A stretch of DNA of 55,364 nucleotides, filler included, from Squatina squatina (Eukaryota): assembly GCA_031763465.1 (NCBI GenBank). It is 3 parts of 3 records of this genome, joined end to end, with 100 filler letters (N's around TTAATTAATTAA, not from the genome) between each part and the next. Parts side by side here need not be neighbours in the genome. Positions count along the whole stretch, not along the records: positions 36,425 to 55,364 come from JARFOE010000115.1; 2 more parts are not named here. The stretch is one strand, 5' to 3'. Under the pieces are notes generated by a model. The model saw nothing but the letters and a program-made list of their open reading frames with translations. It had not been told where the DNA came from and ran no database searches. The translations under genes were made by a program, and so were the position numbers. Position 1 is the first letter of the stretch. Every line of letters starts with the position of its first letter. Below are positions 50,251 to 55,364 of this stretch, piece after piece.

Positions 50251-51859
50251 CTCTTGATTTCCTTCATCTCTTCTATAAAATCCAGTAGCAAGAGATAATT
50301 GGTGTGCTCCAGCAAACCTGTGACTTGACGTTGATGCATTTTTAAAACAGGACGTCAACAAATTGAAATCTCACCAAAAATGAACTCAAACCTGCCCAAC
50401 AAATTCCACCTGCACGTATTCCATGCCATAGCACACCCTGGAACAGGCTTTAAGGATGTGATACATTTTAGAGTTGAGATGATACTAAGAAACCTCCAAG
50501 AAACCCAACTCTCGGTCAACCGAGTCATCTGAGCTCCTTGGTATCTTTCCGCTGTGTAACACTGTCTAGCTTCAGCGTTATTCTTTATATAAAGAAAGCA
50601 GGTACTGCACTTGTACAACAGGCTTTTATCTGAAACTTTGCTACACTCATAATATCGACTTACCACTGATGTCTGTAAAGCAACAGCTTTTGATTGATTT
50701 GGGTCAGCTCAGATCATAGTACTCAAGCTGTCCAAACTGTCAGATACCTCATGCCTCCCTGGAAAAATCACAGTCAACTATTGTTACTATAGTCAACCAC
50801 AGATATTCAGTGACAGCCCAAGTGTGCACATGATATCATTTTATTCACACAAAGTCCTATGAATTAATGAGGCACCTGTCTACTTTCCAGTGCTGTTGAA
50901 CTTTCCAGGTTCTTTACTAACGTATGTCAAGCCAACTGAGATTCGCAGCATTATTTTGCTGAACTTTTGTTTTTTTCTTCTAACCTTGCGAGCATGAGCA
51001 CAAAAACATTGTTAACACATTTGTTTGAATTTACACACTCCATTTTTATCCCATTTCCTATTTCATTAAACTTGCAATCCAAAAAAAAATTCATGCATGT
51101 AAAAAAAAATAATTTAAATGCTCAGTATCTACTTAATGTGTTACATTATCACATTTTATTCAATCTGTCTTCACTGCATCAAGAGAAGGTAGACATCTAT
51201 GTTGGTACAATGTGCAATGTTGGTCATTTGAGAGCACAAAAATATTTTTGCTCTCAATAACCTATTATAACATGTTTCATCTTTTACCGATGTTAAATAT
51301 TGTTACAGAGGAAATATTTTATGGTTTTGTAGCTTGTAATGTGCTAAACAATATTAAAAATGCACATAATTGTGACTCCCTGTGAAGGAAAAGGGAAAAG
51401 AGAGAGAGGACAGGCATGACCAACAGCCTCCAGCATCTCTTATCAGTCAGCAAAAGGGAAAGTTGGTGGTGGTCCAGGAGCAAGCTTGTTGCTGGACTCT
51501 CTTGACAGCAGAGATCAATGGGCAGGCGTCTGAAGATAAGGGATCATGTCCTGAACAGGAAAATTGCATAAATCAGCCAAGAAGGGGCAGGCTTCTCGGC
51601 CCAAATGGCCTTTCCCTGTTCCTAAGACTTCCAGATAGAGAGAAACTGTTCCCATTGGCGGAAGGGTCGAGAGGACACAGATNNNNNNNNNNNNNNNNNN
51701 NNNNNNNNNNNNNNNNNNNNNNNNNNNNNNNNNNNNNNNNNNNNNNNNNNNNNNNNNNNNNNNNNNNNNNNNNNNNNNNNNNTTATTGCTTAGTGCAAGT
51801 TAGTGTGTAAAAAAAAAAACTTAAGAAGGTATAAATTGTATGAATAATCTAGGCTGAGA

Positions 51860-52645
51860 TATGGCAGTGTAGGTTGTATGTCTGAACTGCAGTATGTGGG
51901 AGTTTGTGGACAGCGAGACTGTCCCGAATGAACACATCAACAGTAGATGTATGTGTCTGTCTCAAATCTCACCGGCTGAGCTGGAGTGCGAGTAGGAGAT
52001 GCTCTAACACATTAAGGAGGGGGAGCAGTATATGGACAGCTTGCTCCAGATTTCGGTCGCACCTCGTAGAGAAGTGCAGGTTCAGAACGTGGTTGGTGCG
52101 ACCGATAGTACGCAGAGTAAGAGGAATCCATGTGAGATAGAGAACGGGGATCCACCAAAACTCATCCTGTTCAACAAGTACAGTGTATTTGCTACCTGTG
52201 AGGATATAAAAAAAGGATAAAGACTGTCACAAGGACAGCCACAATGCGGATCATGGCACCTTGGAGCAGGACACTGACCAAAGCAGGGAGGGTGAGGAGG
52301 AGGAGGGCTTCTCTAATTAGGGGAACAGATAGCATCCTTTGTAAGTAAGATCAAGAGTCCCACATGGTATGTTTCCTACCTGATTCCAGGGTGACATCTT
52401 GAACTGGCTTGAAAGGATACTGGAGAGGGAGGGGGAGGATCCAATCATTGTGATCCATGTTGGGACCAACAACATCGGGAACAGTAGGCAAGAGGTCCTG
52501 TTTGGGGAGTACCAGGAACTAGGAGCTAAATTAAAAAACTGGACCGCAAGGGTTATAATCTCTGGATTATTACCTGAGCCATGTGCAAATTGGTGTGGGG
52601 ATAAGCAGATTAGGGAGGTGAACACGTGGCTGAAGGAGTGGTGTG
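51860..52645 (+). mobile_element. CR1 ORF1 remnant (zinc finger/zipper plus SGNH esterase)
   Basis: VVCLNCSMWE; EDPIIVIHVGTNNIG; RVIISGLLPEP; VNTWLKEWC. Confidence 0.88.
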
Positions 52646-52745
52646 NNNNNNNNNNNNNNNNNNNNNNNNNNNNNNNNNNNNNNNNNNNNNNNNNNNNNNN
52701 NNNNNNNNNNNNNNNNNNNNNNNNNNNNNNNNNNNNNNNNNNNNN

Positions 52746-53490
52746 CCTTCTCTGGGGAAACAGAGTAGTGATACCCCAGGACATTGACATGCACAACTGC
52801 CTGATTGAAGAGTTACATGCCACACACCCAGGCATTGTAAAAATGAAAGCCTTAGCGAGGTTGTATATATGGTGGCCAGCAATGGACCAAGCCTTGGAAC
52901 GCCGAGTATGGACATGTGAGAGTTGTCAAGAAAACCAGCATATGCCCCAGGCAGCCCCAATTGATCCATGGGAATTTCCAGAAGTCCCATGGAGTCGTCT
53001 GCATATAGATTATGGTTATATGGAAGACCAAGATGTTCTCATAGAAACCACAGCTGGTGGATAGAAGCCGTGAAGGTAAACAAAGCCACAGCCACTGCAA
53101 CTATAGCCGTCAGAAGACGTTTGTTTGCTACACATGACATTCCAGAAACCATTGTCAGTGACAATGGTACACAATTTGTAGTGGAGAAATTCCAGGGATT
53201 CCTAAGTAGCAACAACGTACAACACGTTCAAACAGCTCTGAAACACCCATCCAGCAATGGAAACTGTGAAGAGAGGGATCCAGAAGACAAAAGGAACAAA
53301 TTTGGAGATGAAGCTCCAGGAGTTCCTGTTTGCCTATAGGATCACCCCTCAAAGCACCACGAGAAAGTGTCCCAGCGAATTGTTGTATAAGTGGAGAATT
53401 CGCAGTCGGTTAGATAATGTGAGAACGAACTTCAGCAGGACAGTACAAAACAGCAGACCGAGATGAAGCACAGGTCAGACAGCCACACAA
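52746..53490 (+). mobile_element. Gypsy/Ty3 LTR retrotransposon integrase remnant (K02A2.6-like)
   Basis: LWGNRVVIP, HATHPGIVKMKALAR...WWP...CESCQ (HHCC), PWSRLHIDY, PETIVSDNGTQF, HPSSNG, FLFAYRITP; frameshifted. Confidence 0.92.
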
Positions 53491-53629
53491 AGCTATTTAA
53501 AAAAGGTAGTAAAGAGAAAGCAGTGAATTATAGACCAGTTAGCCTGACATCAGTAGTGGGGAAAATGCTAGAGTCCATTATAAAAGATGTAACAGCAGAG
53601 CACTTGGAAAACAGTGACAGGATCGGACA
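53491..53629 (+). mobile_element. CR1 ORF2 fragment abutting the Gypsy remnant
   Basis: LFKKGSKEKAVNYRPVSLTSVVGKMLESIIKD. Confidence 0.9.
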
Positions 53630-54090
53630 NNNNNNNNNNNNNNNNNNNNNNNNNNNNNNNNNNNNNNNNNNNNNNNNNNNNNNNNNNNNNNNNNNNNNNN
53701 NNNNNNNNNNNNNNNNNNNNNNNNNNNNNACTGCAGTATGAGTCGACAGCTGTATTCTGAGAGTTTCACAGTAAATTTACATCAGTATGGATGCAAATTC
53801 AGTAAGAAAATCTGAGTATTCTGATGTAGTGCAGATATGGAAGGCTGACGAGGAAATGCTACTACAGTAAGGCACGCTCCTCAGAAGCTAATGCTGAGAT
53901 ACTTTGTTTGGGCAGAGTAAAGGCAGCACTCCTCTGTAGCTGGCTCCACTGTAATTGGCCTGTGAGTTTTGATGCTCCTGTTGGGTGCAAGAAGTTAAAA
54001 GATGTTCCATTCCCTAGAAATGATATCTTTCACTTTGATCAGCAGTAGGAACAATTTCTGATTTTAGCATTTCTGATTATGTGGCAATAC

Positions 54091-54183
54091 CTATTTTTTT
54101 AACATCAGTGTCATTCATTTTCACATTTTCTAGTACCAGCTTTTCAATCTTCTTCAAGCAACGTATCCCGTCTATAAATCCTC
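54091..54183 (-). CDS. NLRC4: NLRC4-like leucine-rich-repeat exon (GGFIDGIRCLKKIEKLVLENVKMNDTDVKKI)
   Basis: ttttctctttcag|GA...ATA G|gtattg, 93 nt, phase 1-1; ungapped similarity to recalled human NLRC4 [31 protein letters not shown]. Single exon only. Confidence 0.65.
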
Positions 54184-54958
54184 CTGAAAGAGAAAATGGG
54201 AATAATGAGAGTTCAGAAATATTTCCGATGGTGGGAAAACTTTGTGCTTCATATCTGATGCCTTTATTATACTCAAATCACATCCAAGCTGCACGAATTA
54301 GCAATTNNNNNNNNNNNNNNNNNNNNNNNNNNNNNNNNNNNNNNNNNNNNNNNNNNNNNNNNNNNNNNNNNNNNNNNNNNNNNNNNNNNNNNNNNNNNNN
54401 NNNNNNAGGATCGTGCCATTCAATTCAACTACAAGCATCTTGTGGAAATGGTTTGTTATATGTGTTTAATTGCAGCTTTGTTTTTGAGTAACAGATAGTT
54501 ATTTAAATTTGCTTGGTGTAGTCCTATTTTAGAATGCATTTCTCGGCCTAGCAGATTCAAATTGGGGGTTCAATTTTGAGTCCCAGGCAGGAGCGTGGCC
54601 TAGCAACCATCTGGTCCAGTCCAGAAATGGCAACGGGGAAGCCCAGCCGATTTTAACCGCTGGACCTCATTAGCAGGCCCCTGGGCCAACTTCCGACCAA
54701 ACTGGCTTGGACGTTGGCGGGAAGTGGCTGCCCAGCTGTTAAAATTGGGTGGCAGACAGCCACCGCCGACAACCAGAGGGAACGGCCCCTGGCACTAAGA
54801 TAAATCTTCAGGAGTGGGGATTCTGATAGGGATCACAGTCAGGGTAAAGGGAGAGGAAGGGAAGCCTAGGGCAGATGAAGCCTGAGGTTTCCTCGTGGGT
54901 CTGGAGGAGCACTTATGTAGCACCAGTGTATTATGAAAAAATAAATATCCATCCTTAC

Positions 54959-55067
54959 CCTCGGTATCGTCACTGATCTGAAGAATTTCTTATCTTGATC
55001 CATGTCGAGAACTTTCCGCTGTTGCTTCAGCTTTATTTCATACGCTTCCCGATCAAATGGTTTCCAT
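54959..55067 (-). CDS. Probable coding exon of an unidentified gene (WKPFDREAYEIKLKQQRKVLDMDQDKKFFRSVTIPR)
   Basis: tttttatgattag|A...AGG|gtaagg; only one open frame; protein-like composition. Confidence 0.55.
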
Positions 55068-55364
55068 CTAATCATAAAAATAAATTATACTGGATATCTA
55101 TTTATCATCTAATTAAGGTGCATGGTATTTTCAGTACTCATTTAAACTGCAGTCAAGTACATTGAAGGGAACCAAAAAGAGAAAATAAGATCTGGGGCTT
55201 TAAAAATGTTTTCTGTCTGGCAATCACGCAACATGTACATTGCTGTCAAGCAAAACCCAAGTAGAATAATGGTGGGATAGCATTTTCACCCACTTGAAGT
55301 GAAATGGATGATCCCGCCACGCCCGATATCCTGGCAGGGCCCACGACGCCTTCATCTTGCATCA

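Noticed and set aside
52399-53064. Esterase-integrase fusion ORF (221 aa)
   Set aside because: CR1 ORF1 and Gypsy integrase are on separate contigs joined by a 100-N gap.
36425-54000. HDAC11, FBLN2 or 5' NUP210 exons expected from human synteny
   Set aside because: Looked for by eye; none recognised.

Overview
Vertebrate genomic DNA, most likely from a cartilaginous fish (shark-type CR1/L2 LINEs, DeuSINE, Penelope-like repeats and a GPR139-like receptor exon). It comes from a fragmented scaffold of roughly 1-3 kb contigs joined mostly by 100-N gaps. Positions 1-21.4 kb are the minus-strand NUP210 -> IQSEC1 locus, with five alternative IQSEC1 first coding exons that all end in phase 2 and three NUP210 internal exons. 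Between the NUP210 exons lies about 1.6 kb of RBP3 (IRBP) exon 1, joined to a NUP210 exon without a gap. Positions 21.5-36.3 kb are a gap-free block bracketed by artificial TTAATTAATTAA linkers. It holds a GPR139-like first exon, many LINE remnants and decayed tandem tRNA-Ala/tRNA-Ser units. Positions 36.4-55.4 kb are mostly non-coding, with hAT, CR1 and Gypsy remnants, a minisatellite, an NLRC4-like LRR exon and one unidentified exon. I found no convincing wholly new biological system. The most interesting signals are the IQSEC1 N-terminal cassette, the RBP3/NUP210 juxtaposition (possibly a misassembly), the NLRC4-like exon and the decayed tRNA arrays. Homology calls come from recalled sequences, not database searches.
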